From positions 1 to 58,942 of the IMG/VR virus record IMGVR_UViG_3300032328_000544: a DNA stretch of 58,942 bases. The stretch is one strand, 5' to 3'. Below, piece after piece: positions 39,461 to 49,915 of the stretch. The notes below the pieces were generated by a model. It was given only the letters and a program-made list of their open reading frames with translations, was not told where the DNA came from and searched no databases. Both the position numbers and the translations under genes were made by a program. Each line of letters begins with the position of its first letter. Position 1 is the stretch's first letter. Origin of the DNA: a virus (Duplodnaviria > Caudoviricetes).

Positions 39461-42085
39461 TTAGAAGCGTGGCGCACGGGCAACATGGGAACTCCAGTCG
39501 ACCTGAGTTTCAGTTGCATTAGGGACAGTTTTAAGGATAAATGACCTATTTAGTATCTCCCAAGTTTTACCCTGACCAATAAGATTTTCGCCACGTTCCG
39601 CCAGTTTTTTAGCAAAGTTGGGCTGGCTCAACGGCATCATTCCCATATCCTCTACCCAAGTCCTGTACACACTGTACAAGTCTTTGACGTAAACGCTGAC
39701 CCCCTCGCGTTCCACGGTTTCTTCCGCAAGGAACATTCCGATACGGTCTTCATTCTTTCGATAGACCGAGGCTGCCTCTGAAACCGCAGTGCACCAACCA
39801 AGAGCATCGCGAGAGGACGAGCCAAGATATTTGATAGCACCCTCTACCGCCCAAGAAAGGACGGCAGGAAGTGCGCCTTCGGGGTCAAACAAGTAAGCCT
39901 TTAATTCTGGGTCAGCCTTTTCGGGAACGTGCGACCACGGGATGGGGCGGATACGTCGCCACATGGCCTCGTCGTTGATTTGCGGAAGGTGGTTTGTTGT
40001 GACCCACAACTTTGCTTGAGCCTTAAATGTAAACGGCTTCTCGCCAGGGGAACGAGCCGATATTTCGGAAGAACCAGTAAGTTTCTTGATTGAGTTTTCC
40101 TTGATGCGACCAGATTCAGGCAACTCGTCGACCCACACCATACGACGACCACGAAGTTCTGCCCAAGTGTATGTGTCAGCGCTATTCATGCCATTGTTGT
40201 CGGCAAGAATGTTTGAGTCCATAGGCCACGCATACTGGTTTGTATCTAGTGCTTTTACAATCGTTTCCACAAAGGTGTTTTTACCTGAACCCGGTGGACC
40301 GTAGACAAGAAACATAACGTCTTGGTTATTCAATCCAGTGAGCGTATATCCAACTGCTCGCTGAAGCCACTCTTGAAGTTCTTTATCTCCTCCAGTGGCA
40401 AAGTCAATGAACTGCTCCCAACGAGGGTTCCGCAGTCCCGCAGTGTAAGAGACAGCCGCACGCTTGGTGATATGAAGTTCAGGACGCCCACTAAGAAGTT
40501 CCCCCGTCTTGAGGTCAATTACTCCGTTGTAGACACCTAAAAGGTGGTCATCGCTGTCCCATTTATTGACGTCCGTAAAGGCTCGAAGGTCTGACTTAGA
40601 ACTCTCTACCGCACCACGAATACGTCCGTTTGATTTTGCTTGTTGCGCCCACTTGATTACCTCGGACTGCTTATCAGCCTCTTCATAGTGACGAACCTCG
40701 GTTGCAATAATCGGAGCAAGCCTTTTAGAGAGTTCAAGAATTCCCAAGTCTTCGGCGTCGGGTCTCCAGTACTGACCGTCCCAAATAAACCAGCCAATAC
40801 CCGGCGTGTATCGGATTGAGCCACCAAAAGTGTCCACCAATCGACGACCATTGCCAACGTCTGTTAAAGTACGTTTACCCGGAGTTCCACCTTCTGACTC
40901 AGAAATTGCGTCGGGGTCTTGGGGTACATCAATATTTCCAGAACTAAAAGCAGCGTGGGGAGAAAACCCACTTCTGGCTGCTTGGTTTATGTCGCCACCA
41001 ATAGTTCCAGCGAGCATAGAGAAATCGTTGTTACTGTCATCTGGGTCAGAAGTATTTATTACTGTGTTGAAAGAGGTGGGGGTGGAAGGATTCTTTGTAG
41101 CGTTTGCCCATTCTTGGAGACCGGGAAACATTGTGAATCCGCCAACTGGATTTTCACCAACAAAATCCATTGCACGTCGGGTATGCATGAGTAGAGAGTT
41201 CGGACCCTCAAGTTCCATCGGAGGTCGGACTTTTTCATAGTTGAAACGCATCATCATCGTTTCAATCATCAAGCGCTTCTCTGGGGTCTCTACGCCAAAC
41301 TTGTTGGATATCGCACAGGCAAGTTTGTAGATGCTGACGGCACGTTCACCTTCGTTGATTCCCTCTTCAAGCATTTTGGCAATATCAACACGCTCGCCAC
41401 CAGCCTCAAGGTCAGAGAGCCAGTCCCAGTTACCCTCTCCGTGAGAGGTTCCACTTCGACGACCACCTTTTCGGAGTACGGAAAGAAGTCCGTCTGGTGC
41501 CTCGGCAACCTCAACTTCCCAAGGTGCTCGCCCCTCTACCCACTCGTAGTTTGTGCCAGAGAAGTGCCGACTGGGGGTGAGGAGAATGTATCCGTTGTGC
41601 TTGATGTCAATGCCCGGAAGATTAGAGGCATTGAGGTTTCCGACAAGTTTTTCGTTAGGCGAGCATTTGAAGAATAAGTGCCTACCGCGCACTGGACCAG
41701 AACTTGTGTTGTAAGAGCCAGTGTATTGCTCGCACGTTGCGGGGAGTTCGAACCCAAGAAGTTCAGTGAACTTGTCAAAGGACTCAAGACCGCCAGAGCG
41801 GGGGTCAATATCAATGACAAACATTTCACTCTTTTGGCATACAACTGCAATGTTGTTTTCAGGATTGTTCTGCCACCAGTTGTGGATTACAAGTTCGTCT
41901 GTTGTGGCGCGGTTATTCCAGTCGCCAATTGATGCGTGCTTACCTACGTCTTTGGGTTGATTGTGGGGTCCGTTACAGGTACACCGTCCACCGTCATTAA
42001 TCCCGTAACACGGAAGGATGTACCACCCTTGCTCGGCGTACCACTTGGAGGCCTTCTGCAGTCGCTCCTCGTGGGGGGTTGTCAT
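39461..42085 (-). CDS. primase-polymerase fused to a D5/SF3 helicase
   Basis: Prim-Pol GKH, VIDIDPR, GRHLFF; D5_N; Walker A GPPGSGKNT; TNHLP, WRRI. Confidence 0.92.
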   Translation of the reverse strand: MTTPHEERLQKASKWYAEQGWYILPCYGINDGGRCTCNGPHNQPKDVGKHASIGDWNNRATTDELVIHNWWQNNPENNIAVVCQKSEMFVIDIDPRSGGLESFDKFTELLGFELPATCEQYTGSYNTSSGPVRGRHLFFKCSPNEKLVGNLNASNLPGIDIKHNGYILLTPSRHFSGTNYEWVEGRAPWEVEVAEAPDGLLSVLRKGGRRSGTSHGEGNWDWLSDLEAGGERVDIAKMLEEGINEGERAVSIYKLACAISNKFGVETPEKRLMIETMMMRFNYEKVRPPMELEGPNSLLMHTRRAMDFVGENPVGGFTMFPGLQEWANATKNPSTPTSFNTVINTSDPDDSNNDFSMLAGTIGGDINQAARSGFSPHAAFSSGNIDVPQDPDAISESEGGTPGKRTLTDVGNGRRLVDTFGGSIRYTPGIGWFIWDGQYWRPDAEDLGILELSKRLAPIIATEVRHYEEADKQSEVIKWAQQAKSNGRIRGAVESSKSDLRAFTDVNKWDSDDHLLGVYNGVIDLKTGELLSGRPELHITKRAAVSYTAGLRNPRWEQFIDFATGGDKELQEWLQRAVGYTLTGLNNQDVMFLVYGPPGSGKNTFVETIVKALDTNQYAWPMDSNILADNNGMNSADTYTWAELRGRRMVWVDELPESGRIKENSIKKLTGSSEISARSPGEKPFTFKAQAKLWVTTNHLPQINDEAMWRRIRPIPWSHVPEKADPELKAYLFDPEGALPAVLSWAVEGAIKYLGSSSRDALGWCTAVSEAASVYRKNEDRIGMFLAEETVEREGVSVYVKDLYSVYRTWVEDMGMMPLSQPNFAKKLAERGENLIGQGKTWEILNRSFILKTVPNATETQVDWSSHVARAPRF

Positions 42086-42243
42086 TTAATCTCCCGTAAA
42101 ATTTCTTTATTGGTTGGTGTCCCAATCGTAGCACCGAACTCGTTAAAAACTCTGGAATGGCTCTAATTGATTGCTACTTTATCGAGTAAAATAATACAAA
42201 CAGTAAAAGTCGGATACGACCTGAATAGAAATAAGACTACCTT

Positions 42244-42609
42244 ATGCCTCAAGAATTAGTTTTGACACTCGCCGCAGTTATCACCGCAATTGGTGTAATT
42301 ATTGGTGCCTTGGTTGCTATCTATCGAATTGCTCACCGAATAGGTGCCGCCATTGGTCTCGACAAAGACGGGCGAACCATCTCCGAGCGACTCGATAGAG
42401 TCGAGAATCAACTTTGGGAAAACGGGGGTTCTTCTCTGGCAGACAGAGTTAATACCATTGAAATGCACACGACAGCAACCGCAGCGAAGACCGAGATAAT
42501 CGAAACAATTCTTACCTCTCAGTGGTGGGCAACCCCCACTTCTTCAAATGAGAAACCACAAGTGCCCGTAGTTTCACCAAGAAAGACACGCCAAAAAAAG
42601 ATTTCTTAG
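42244..42609 (+). CDS. membrane protein
   Basis: N-terminal TM; RLDRVE..NGGSSLAD. Confidence 0.7.
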   Translation: MPQELVLTLAAVITAIGVIIGALVAIYRIAHRIGAAIGLDKDGRTISERLDRVENQLWENGGSSLADRVNTIEMHTTATAAKTEIIETILTSQWWATPTSSNEKPQVPVVSPRKTRQKKIS

Positions 42610-42662
42610 TTTTTTGCTTATTTTTTAGGTACAATATATAAAACGACAGAGGAGTTTTAGAA

Positions 42663-42926
42663 ATGTCCCTATCTGAAAAAATAAACTCAGCAAAGGTCGC
42701 AAAAAATAGGCTTTGTAAACTTGGCTCACTGCTTTCTGGAAAGTTAATGTCAGAAGCAGACAAAAAAGAACTCTTGTCAATTCTTTCTGTCGAAATTAAT
42801 GACCCCGGCAGAGTGACAAATTCACTGATAACCAAAGTTCTCAACGACGAGGGCTATGAAATGGGAATTAGCACCGTTGAGCGACATAGGCTGGGACTAT
42901 GTTGTTGCTTTAGGGGTAAAAAATAA
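42663..42926 (+). CDS. small hypothetical protein
   Basis: C..G..HR...CCC; coupled to the phosphoesterase gene. Confidence 0.65.
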   Translation: MSLSEKINSAKVAKNRLCKLGSLLSGKLMSEADKKELLSILSVEINDPGRVTNSLITKVLNDEGYEMGISTVERHRLGLCCCFRGKK

Positions 42927-44119
42927 TGAGTCTATCTGAACGTTTTGAGAGACTTGTTAGTCCGGGTAAGTCTGGTTCCGATACACGCCAGACTCAAACC
43001 CCAGAGTCATGGCGTCCCCGAATGGAAATAGGTCCAGACGGGGGCTTTGTTATTTCGCCAGCAACTCAGGCTGGGAACACTCCGGGCGCTGAAGAAATTC
43101 TGCGAGAGCGTGGGCTAGACCCTGACGAGTGGACGGTAACCTCAGTTCGTAAGGGTTCGTGGCAACGGTATGACGGAGACTGGCTTGAATCAGTTCGCGT
43201 CAACGTTATCCCAGCACGAGGAATTATTGAGCGAGATTTTGACCTTGAGCAACTTGTTGACCACATTCAGAAGTGGCGTCCCGAAAAGGGCATCAAGGTT
43301 GCTACTGGCACTGGAGCGTATGCCCACGTTGGCGCTGACAAGCAACTCGGTAAAAAGACTGGTTCTGGCGGAACCGCCCAGACGGTAAAGCGTATCCACG
43401 AAGGAACTGAAAAAAGCCTTGCCAAATTTAAAGGACTCCAGAAGATGGGTTTGTCATTTGGGACAATTGTTCTCCCCGAACTTGGAGACCACGTTGAGGG
43501 AAACGTTTCTCAGAACGGACGTCTTCAAGGATTGGCATCGTCTGACCTTGGACAAACAGAGCAAGTTCGCGTCGCTCGCAGGACTCTTCTCAGCCAAGTA
43601 AAAGCCTTTGCTCCCTATGCAGAGCGACTGCTAATTCCCGTGGTCAACGGAAACCACGACGAAGTTACTCGTCAGGTGGCTGCTGACCCAGCAGACGGCT
43701 GGAACGTCGAGATTGCGTCAGCAGTACAAGACGCCTGTGCCGAAAACCCCGCACTCCAGCACGTCGAGTTTCGATTCCCCGCTTCTGGACACCAGACTTT
43801 GGCAGTCGACATTGACGGTTGCTTGCTTGGACTTTTTCACGGACACCAGTTTTCCCGCGACGTCGAGAAGTATCTCAACGGTCAGTCAATGGGGCAGACT
43901 GCAATTGGGGGAGCAGACCTTTGGATTAGTGGTCACTACCACCACTTTAAGTCTCAAGACGTAGGCTCCCGTTTGTGGATTCAGGCTCCCACGGTAGACC
44001 CAGGTTCCGATTGGTACCGTGACCGAACGGGTGCTTCGTCGCGCCCCGGCGTTCTGACACTAGTTCTCGGTGGTGACTACGACCCACGCGAGTTCCTTAG
44101 TGTAATTTTTGTGGGGTAA
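42926..44119 (+). CDS. calcineurin-like metallophosphoesterase
   Basis: DKQLGK, GDHVEG, GNHD, HGH, GHYH. Confidence 0.85.
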   Translation: MSLSERFERLVSPGKSGSDTRQTQTPESWRPRMEIGPDGGFVISPATQAGNTPGAEEILRERGLDPDEWTVTSVRKGSWQRYDGDWLESVRVNVIPARGIIERDFDLEQLVDHIQKWRPEKGIKVATGTGAYAHVGADKQLGKKTGSGGTAQTVKRIHEGTEKSLAKFKGLQKMGLSFGTIVLPELGDHVEGNVSQNGRLQGLASSDLGQTEQVRVARRTLLSQVKAFAPYAERLLIPVVNGNHDEVTRQVAADPADGWNVEIASAVQDACAENPALQHVEFRFPASGHQTLAVDIDGCLLGLFHGHQFSRDVEKYLNGQSMGQTAIGGADLWISGHYHHFKSQDVGSRLWIQAPTVDPGSDWYRDRTGASSRPGVLTLVLGGDYDPREFLSVIFVG

Positions 44120-44121
44120 CT

Positions 44122-44538
44122 TTGCCTACTATTTACACTGGTGGAACTTTTGACCTATTCCATAGCGGGCATGTAAATCTTCTTCGACGTTGCTCAGAAT
44201 TGGGACACGTTGTGGTGTCCCTGAATACTGATGAGTTTATAGAAGGGTATAAGGGCAAACCCCCAGTGCTCTCATACCAAGAACGTGAGGCTGTTCTAAA
44301 GTCTTGTAAGTATGTAGACCAAGTTGTTCCGAACTTGGGCGGGTGCGATTCTAAAATTGCGATTGAACTCATCCAACCCGACTATATTGCCATTGGTTCC
44401 GATTGGGCAAAGAAGAACTACTACGAACAGATGGGTTTTGACCAAGACTGGCTCGACGCTCGCGGTATCGGTCTTGTGTATATCCCCTACACAAAAGGAG
44501 TATCTTCCACAAATATTAAAGGGAGAATATCAAAATGA
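44122..44538 (+). CDS. cytidylyltransferase (TagD-like)
   Basis: GGTFDLFHSGH, GSDW, YTKGVSST. Confidence 0.88.
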   Translation: MPTIYTGGTFDLFHSGHVNLLRRCSELGHVVVSLNTDEFIEGYKGKPPVLSYQEREAVLKSCKYVDQVVPNLGGCDSKIAIELIQPDYIAIGSDWAKKNYYEQMGFDQDWLDARGIGLVYIPYTKGVSSTNIKGRISK

Positions 44539-45056
44539 GTAAAGCAATTGTAATTAGCACTTCCAGTGGTCGCTCTGATTGGGTCGAAATGTGTCTACAA
44601 TCAATCACCACATCTATCCCAACAATTGTTGTGTCAACTGGTGGCTACGAGTTAGGAAAACTTAAATGGATTTATGAAAACACTTCTATAGAACGATTTG
44701 TGTTCATACAAGACAGCATTGTGGTTAGAGATAATTCTTTGCTTGAGAGTTTGTTTGACCTAAAAGGTTCAGTTTGTCTTATGGATGAGCCGTCGTGTTT
44801 TGGTTCTTATCTAGGCTTATACGAAAGAGAGGCACTAGAAAAAACTTTCATTCCAGACGTATTAGACAAAGAAGAATCTATTACGCAAGAAATAGCATGG
44901 ACAAGAAACTATGTCCACTCTTGCGGCGGGCATAATTACATAAGACACCCAGAATTTATTAAACACAACATCGTGGAGACAGTTTGGCGTAATGGGCGCG
45001 TAAATAAACTTTATGTCAACCCGTTGTATGAAAAGTGGAAAGGTACGTGGCGTTGA
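44535..45056 (+). CDS. glycosyltransferase-like protein
   Basis: YELG..F.FIQDS; sits in the sugar-transfer operon. Confidence 0.5.
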   Translation: MSKAIVISTSSGRSDWVEMCLQSITTSIPTIVVSTGGYELGKLKWIYENTSIERFVFIQDSIVVRDNSLLESLFDLKGSVCLMDEPSCFGSYLGLYEREALEKTFIPDVLDKEESITQEIAWTRNYVHSCGGHNYIRHPEFIKHNIVETVWRNGRVNKLYVNPLYEKWKGTWR

Positions 45057-46795
45057 AAGTAGCCATCTACACAATCTGCTTGAACGAAGAGAAGCATGTA
45101 CAACGCTGGTATGAATCGGCAAAGGATGCCGATTACATTTTAATTGCCGATACTGGCTCGACAGATAGGACAGTTGAAATTGCAAAGAGTCTCGGAATCA
45201 ATGTTGTCAATGTGTCTGTCTCTCCTTGGCGGTTTGACGATGCTCGTAATAGTGCTCTACACGCTCTCCCTGTTGACGTGGACTACTGCATTGCTTTGGA
45301 CATGGATGAAGTCCTACTTCCTACTTGGAAAGACGCTCTCCTCAAAGCCCACGAAAATAAAGTAACTCGTCCTCGATACAAATACACGTGGTCGTGGAAA
45401 TCCGAAGGCGTCCCAGACTTACAGTACGGTGGCGACAAAATACACAGTAGAAAAGGGTACAGGTGGAGACACCCCGTACACGAAGTAATTACTCCTTACG
45501 GCATAGAAGAAACCCAAGATTGGGTTGACTTAGAAATTCACCACCACCCAGACAATACAAAGTCTCGCGGTCAATACTTTCCCCTTCTTAAAATGGCAAT
45601 TCAAGAAGACCCCGACGATGATAGAAACGCTTTCTACTACGCACGTGAACTTTTCTTTCACGGAATGAACCAAGAGGCTGCTCAAGAATTTAGAAGACAT
45701 TTGTCCCTTCCGCGAGCGGGGTGGGCACCAGAAAGAGCCGCTTCACACAGATATATGTCTAAGTGTGAGCCAGAAAGGGTTGAAGAACACTTGAATAACG
45801 CAATTTCAGAATCAGAAAGACGCGAGCCACTCGTAGAGTTGGCTATGCACTACTACGAAAAGTCCGACTGGAATAACTGCTACGAAAAAGCCATTCGCGC
45901 TCTACAAATAAAAGAAAAACCGCTCGACTATCTTTGCGAAGATTTTGCGTGGGGGTATCTGCCCCACGATTTAGCGAGTATCTCTGCTTGGCACTTAGGA
46001 AAAAAAGACGAAGCCATAGAGCATGAGAAAAAAGCACTTGAGTTTGAGCCTAACGATAAAAGAATGCTTGAAAACTTTGCTTTTTTACTGAGGGACAGAT
46101 ACCCAGAACCAGTAACTGCAATAATTCCAACTAAAAGTAATATTGCTGGAACTCTTAAACTTTTGGAAAAACTGGAAACAGACCCTCAGGTAACTGAAAT
46201 TATTGTAATTGCAGACGGCGATAATTCGCACGATAGATACAAAGATATTCTTGAAGGCAAGGCTAATGTCGTACTAGAAAAAGTACAACTTGGAGTTGGA
46301 ATCCACGTTATGTGGAACATAGGCATTGACTATGCCATAAAGTCTGGCAACACCGCCGTATTTATCAACGACGACACCGTCCCAGTAGGAAGTGCTTCGG
46401 GCACTCTTGCCTCATTTTTAGAATATGACAAGTCTTTTGGGTTGGTCTGCCCAAAATACGACACTAGAAACTTTAAAGAACTTACCGTCGACACTACCTT
46501 AACCGCTATGGGGAGGACCGACGGAACAGGGGGTCTCGCTGGATTCTTTATGGCGCTCCACAAAGACTTGGTCCCCCAATGGCGTTTTGATGAAAAAATG
46601 AAATGGTGGTTTGGAGACGACGACGTTATTCAATGGACGTTGAGCATTGGTAAGAGAGTGTCAATCACTAACATTGCTAATTGCTATGGGAATGACTCAA
46701 AGACCACTAGAGAAGACCCGCCAAAAGACTTTGCTAAATTAGTAGCAGAAGATAAAAAAATTTTTAAAGAGAAATGGCCTGGAAAAGGACTCTAG
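45053..46795 (+). CDS. GT2-TPR-GT2 glycosyltransferase
   Basis: DTGSTD, FDDARN, LDMDE, VHE; TPR helices; second GT-A domain (INDD, WFGDDD). Confidence 0.85.
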   Translation: MKVAIYTICLNEEKHVQRWYESAKDADYILIADTGSTDRTVEIAKSLGINVVNVSVSPWRFDDARNSALHALPVDVDYCIALDMDEVLLPTWKDALLKAHENKVTRPRYKYTWSWKSEGVPDLQYGGDKIHSRKGYRWRHPVHEVITPYGIEETQDWVDLEIHHHPDNTKSRGQYFPLLKMAIQEDPDDDRNAFYYARELFFHGMNQEAAQEFRRHLSLPRAGWAPERAASHRYMSKCEPERVEEHLNNAISESERREPLVELAMHYYEKSDWNNCYEKAIRALQIKEKPLDYLCEDFAWGYLPHDLASISAWHLGKKDEAIEHEKKALEFEPNDKRMLENFAFLLRDRYPEPVTAIIPTKSNIAGTLKLLEKLETDPQVTEIIVIADGDNSHDRYKDILEGKANVVLEKVQLGVGIHVMWNIGIDYAIKSGNTAVFINDDTVPVGSASGTLASFLEYDKSFGLVCPKYDTRNFKELTVDTTLTAMGRTDGTGGLAGFFMALHKDLVPQWRFDEKMKWWFGDDDVIQWTLSIGKRVSITNIANCYGNDSKTTREDPPKDFAKLVAEDKKIFKEKWPGKGL

Positions 46796-47302
46796 TTATT
46801 TACTTTTTGTCTTACGCTCTTTTTTGTCAGCCCGCTCTGCGTGATAGGCATTTACAGCATTAGCGCTAGTTCGACTACGCCACTTGAATCCGCAATCGAT
46901 ACACTCGACCATTCGTGCGGTTTTCCATCTACCACCGTTAGGTAGGTCAATAATGTATGTTTTTAGTTTGCTAGTACGAGCAGAGCAATACCCACACTGG
47001 GGATAGCGACCTCTGCGATACTCGACACCATCAACATTGACGGATAGAGTCCGACGAATTTCATTCTCATCTTTACCACCCCAAATACCCCAAATCTCTC
47101 TACTCTCTAATGCAAACTTTATGCAGTCGCGTCTAACTGGACATTGGTAACATAGGTTCTTGGCTTTGTTCTTATCCTCTGGGTTTTCGGAGAAGCACCA
47201 ATTTGCCATGTCTTTTGAATACTCTGGTTTAGCGCATAGACCAAACTCTTGGTAACTCATATCTTTGTATTTTTCAATGTCCGAGTCAGACATAGACATC
47301 AA
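46796..47302 (-). CDS. whiB: WhiB family protein with C-terminal Zn ribbon
   Basis: C..AKNLCYQCPVRRDC..GIWGG plus CGYC..CIDC. Confidence 0.88.
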   Translation of the reverse strand: MMSMSDSDIEKYKDMSYQEFGLCAKPEYSKDMANWCFSENPEDKNKAKNLCYQCPVRRDCIKFALESREIWGIWGGKDENEIRRTLSVNVDGVEYRRGRYPQCGYCSARTSKLKTYIIDLPNGGRWKTARMVECIDCGFKWRSRTSANAVNAYHAERADKKERKTKSK

Positions 47303-47630
47303 CTAACGTAATAAAAAATACATTTTCAACTAACTCACCGTGTAGTGTCATTCCATCTTTATCGCAGATTGTTAGGTCGGGGTCGCCATCTACGTGTCCA
47401 GCAAAGGCGTGCTGACTAGTGGTTTTACCGTCTAGAAGAGAGAACGCTTGTCCTAAAGAGTCGACTATTCCGTCTCGCTGAATAGCAGACGCTAGGGCAC
47501 GTCTAATCACTTCATCGTGGACGTCAACTTGCTCATCCGTGACATAAATTAGAGCCGACGTCACTTGGGAGTGGTGGGAATTACCTAACCACTGCGACCA
47601 AAGCGTTTCGCCTATTCTGGAATCTTTCAT
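47286..47630 (-). CDS. hypothetical protein
   Basis: 114-aa ORF overlapping whiB. Confidence 0.65.
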   Translation of the reverse strand: MKDSRIGETLWSQWLGNSHHSQVTSALIYVTDEQVDVHDEVIRRALASAIQRDGIVDSLGQAFSLLDGKTTSQHAFAGHVDGDPDLTICDKDGMTLHGELVENVFFITLVDVYV

Positions 47631-47675
47631 ACTATAAAATATTATACCTGAATTACTCAGGTTTTTATGATAGAA

Positions 47676-48182
47676 CTAAGCCGCGTGTTCTAATTCAGAA
47701 GGCCATACATATTCGTACATTTCTGGTCGAACACCAGTGTCTTCCGCCCAATTGAACTGAGAATACCAACCGTAGTTTTTACTCAAAAGAGCGGTTCGGT
47801 GACTAGAAGAGACTTTTTCATAAAGTTCTACATCTTCAACCCAATGAGGGAATTTCATTATTCCGTTTACTCGGTTGAGGTTTTTTGCGTGGACTAAGGT
47901 GTTTGCGGATTTTACATCAAGAGTGGATTCGAAGCCGCGCCTTTTCCACTCAATTACCATTTGCTGAATGTACTGGTAGAGAGCCATTTCATAGCCCCGC
48001 CACATTTTGACAGCAGGGTGATTGACCCACCCCTTTGGTGTGCGGTGGTTGCCCTGCGGGTCAAGTTCGAGCAAATTCATCATAATCTGCCAAGCCTCAA
48101 GAGCCTGCTTATGAAGTCTCTTGTCATCAAGAACTTGTGCACTTGCTTTGAATGAAGTATTGATTGGAACGAATGTTTGCAT
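47676..48182 (-). CDS. pyrimidine-dimer DNA glycosylase-like (MSMEG_6728 family)
   Basis: MQTF.P..LD.KRL.KQ..EA.Q, GW.NHPAV.MWRGYE, SHR..LL.K, YVWP. Confidence 0.85.
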   Translation of the reverse strand: MQTFVPINTSFKASAQVLDDKRLHKQALEAWQIMMNLLELDPQGNHRTPKGWVNHPAVKMWRGYEMALYQYIQQMVIEWKRRGFESTLDVKSANTLVHAKNLNRVNGIMKFPHWVEDVELYEKVSSSHRTALLSKNYGWYSQFNWAEDTGVRPEMYEYVWPSELEHAA

Positions 48183-48218
48183 AGTTTGTCTTTCTGTCGT
48201 TTAAATTATGCTAACACA

Positions 48219-48413
48219 CTACTTCAAGTTAATCCAAACATCTGCGACAAAAATTTGACCTTCTTGTTCGGCATCTATTTCAATACCAGTGATTTGAGTC
48301 CGTGCTTCCGCGACAGTTGTAACGCCAATATATTTAGCCACAACTTCCATAGACTTTTCGTAAATCTCATCTCTGCTTATCCCACGGACGTTAAGCCTAA
48401 TTTTATTTCTCAA
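48219..48413 (-). CDS. small hypothetical protein
   Basis: 64-aa ORF in the operon. Confidence 0.55.
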   Translation of the reverse strand: MRNKIRLNVRGISRDEIYEKSMEVVAKYIGVTTVAEARTQITGIEIDAEQEGQIFVADVWINLK

Positions 48414-48832
48414 GGCTTTCTTACCAACTTCTGGAGTTTGTCTGGGCGAAAATGTGCGCCTTCAAGTTTGGGGGTTAGCCCATCTGTACTATTTAAAATT
48501 ACGTCACCAGAACGTAGTGCAGTGACAATCCCTTCCCGCCCATTGTGCGCCACTCCCAAGTCAGCCTCAAAAGCATTTACTTTTACACGAACCGTCTCTC
48601 CGACTTTCATAAATCCAGCCTGAGCATCTATCCAAATATTCTCGCCGTCATTGATGAGTGCGTACCCAAGACCGACCTGCGAAAGAATTTTGAGCGCTTC
48701 TTCGGCATCTCGACCTTTAAGGTTAATTTCTTCCCAAGTTTTTAGCATTTCAAGTACGGCCATTCCGACGCCAACTTTAATCTTTGCCTTAGCAAACTGT
48801 TGCTTTACCCATTCGGTATCTATTTTTGCCAT
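48410..48832 (-). CDS. hypothetical protein
   Basis: 140-aa ORF in the operon. Confidence 0.65.
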   Translation of the reverse strand: MAKIDTEWVKQQFAKAKIKVGVGMAVLEMLKTWEEINLKGRDAEEALKILSQVGLGYALINDGENIWIDAQAGFMKVGETVRVKVNAFEADLGVAHNGREGIVTALRSGDVILNSTDGLTPKLEGAHFRPDKLQKLVRKP

Positions 48833-49857
48833 TATTTTTTCCTTACTCCGATTACTCTTTCCAAAAGATAGAGTGCAAGTTCTTGATTAGGGACTGCCTT
48901 TGAGTACGACTCTTTTTGAGCCATAGCCAAAAAATTTCTTTGATTATCGTTCATAGCATCTATATTAGACGCTAAAACTCCCCACGACTCTGACACAGTG
49001 TAACTTTCCTGCCACTGTGTCGCAATAGGAACCCCCGCGTTCATTGCCTGAATGTATTGGTAGTTCCAGTACGTACCGTCCCGTTGGTCTGGGCAGATAA
49101 GAGCCGCAGAAGAGCGAGCAATTTGACTAAAGACTTGAGCGTCGTCAATCTTTTTCTCCCACTTCATAGGCACTACGGGGAGAGCCAAATGCTCCTGAAT
49201 ATTTACAGCCCATTTGCTACTGGGCTGGTCGCAGACCCACTTTTCTATTTTTTCAGTTTCAAGGTTGAGCGCTTCATCGGACAAAAGATATGAGTCAAGA
49301 TTTACTTTGAACAATCTATTCTTAGCGCTAGTGCTTAATTTAATAAGGCTTCTAGTTTTCCAAGGAAGAGAGGGATAAATTGTGTTGTTAGCCCAGTCTT
49401 CATTTCCGAGCCGTTGGGCGGCGCTAAACACCTTGTCAAAAATTTCTCTATTCCCAGTAACCGAGTCGTACTCTTTTCTACTAGAAAAGAATGGTTTGGT
49501 GAACGACTCTTCACTAAGGGAGAAAGACTTAAACGAAGCAGTTATCTGGCTCACCGTGGGGACGTCAACAAACAGAGTTAGTTTTTCGTCACCCCAAAAC
49601 TCTTTAATCAAGTGAAGAGCGCCGTAAATTCTATTTGAACTGAGACTAGTGGCAGGGGATATTCCAACGATTACAGCGTCGTAATCAGAAAATTGTTGCT
49701 TAGACATATAAACACTCGGATTACCCCAAACAACATTGTGCCCAGCGAGTGTCAAAACCTTGTACATAACTCCCGCAAAATTTAGCGACCTACTATTCAA
49801 ATCACTTGAGCAGTGGGCAGAAGTCATTCCAGTCAAAAAAATTTTAGCCATTTTCAT
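48832..49857 (-). CDS. putative GT-B-like glycosyltransferase (function tentative)
   Basis: IFLTG..GH.V.W..YD.VIVG; QAMNAGVPIAT resembles a GT-B C-terminal motif. Confidence 0.4.
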   Translation of the reverse strand: MKMAKIFLTGMTSAHCSSDLNSRSLNFAGVMYKVLTLAGHNVVWGNPSVYMSKQQFSDYDAVIVGISPATSLSSNRIYGALHLIKEFWGDEKLTLFVDVPTVSQITASFKSFSLSEESFTKPFFSSRKEYDSVTGNREIFDKVFSAAQRLGNEDWANNTIYPSLPWKTRSLIKLSTSAKNRLFKVNLDSYLLSDEALNLETEKIEKWVCDQPSSKWAVNIQEHLALPVVPMKWEKKIDDAQVFSQIARSSAALICPDQRDGTYWNYQYIQAMNAGVPIATQWQESYTVSESWGVLASNIDAMNDNQRNFLAMAQKESYSKAVPNQELALYLLERVIGVRKK

Positions 49858-49915
49858 TCCTCATAATTGTGGGGACACCGCCTGACTAGCAAGCGGTGCC
49901 CCCCATTCGAGCCTC

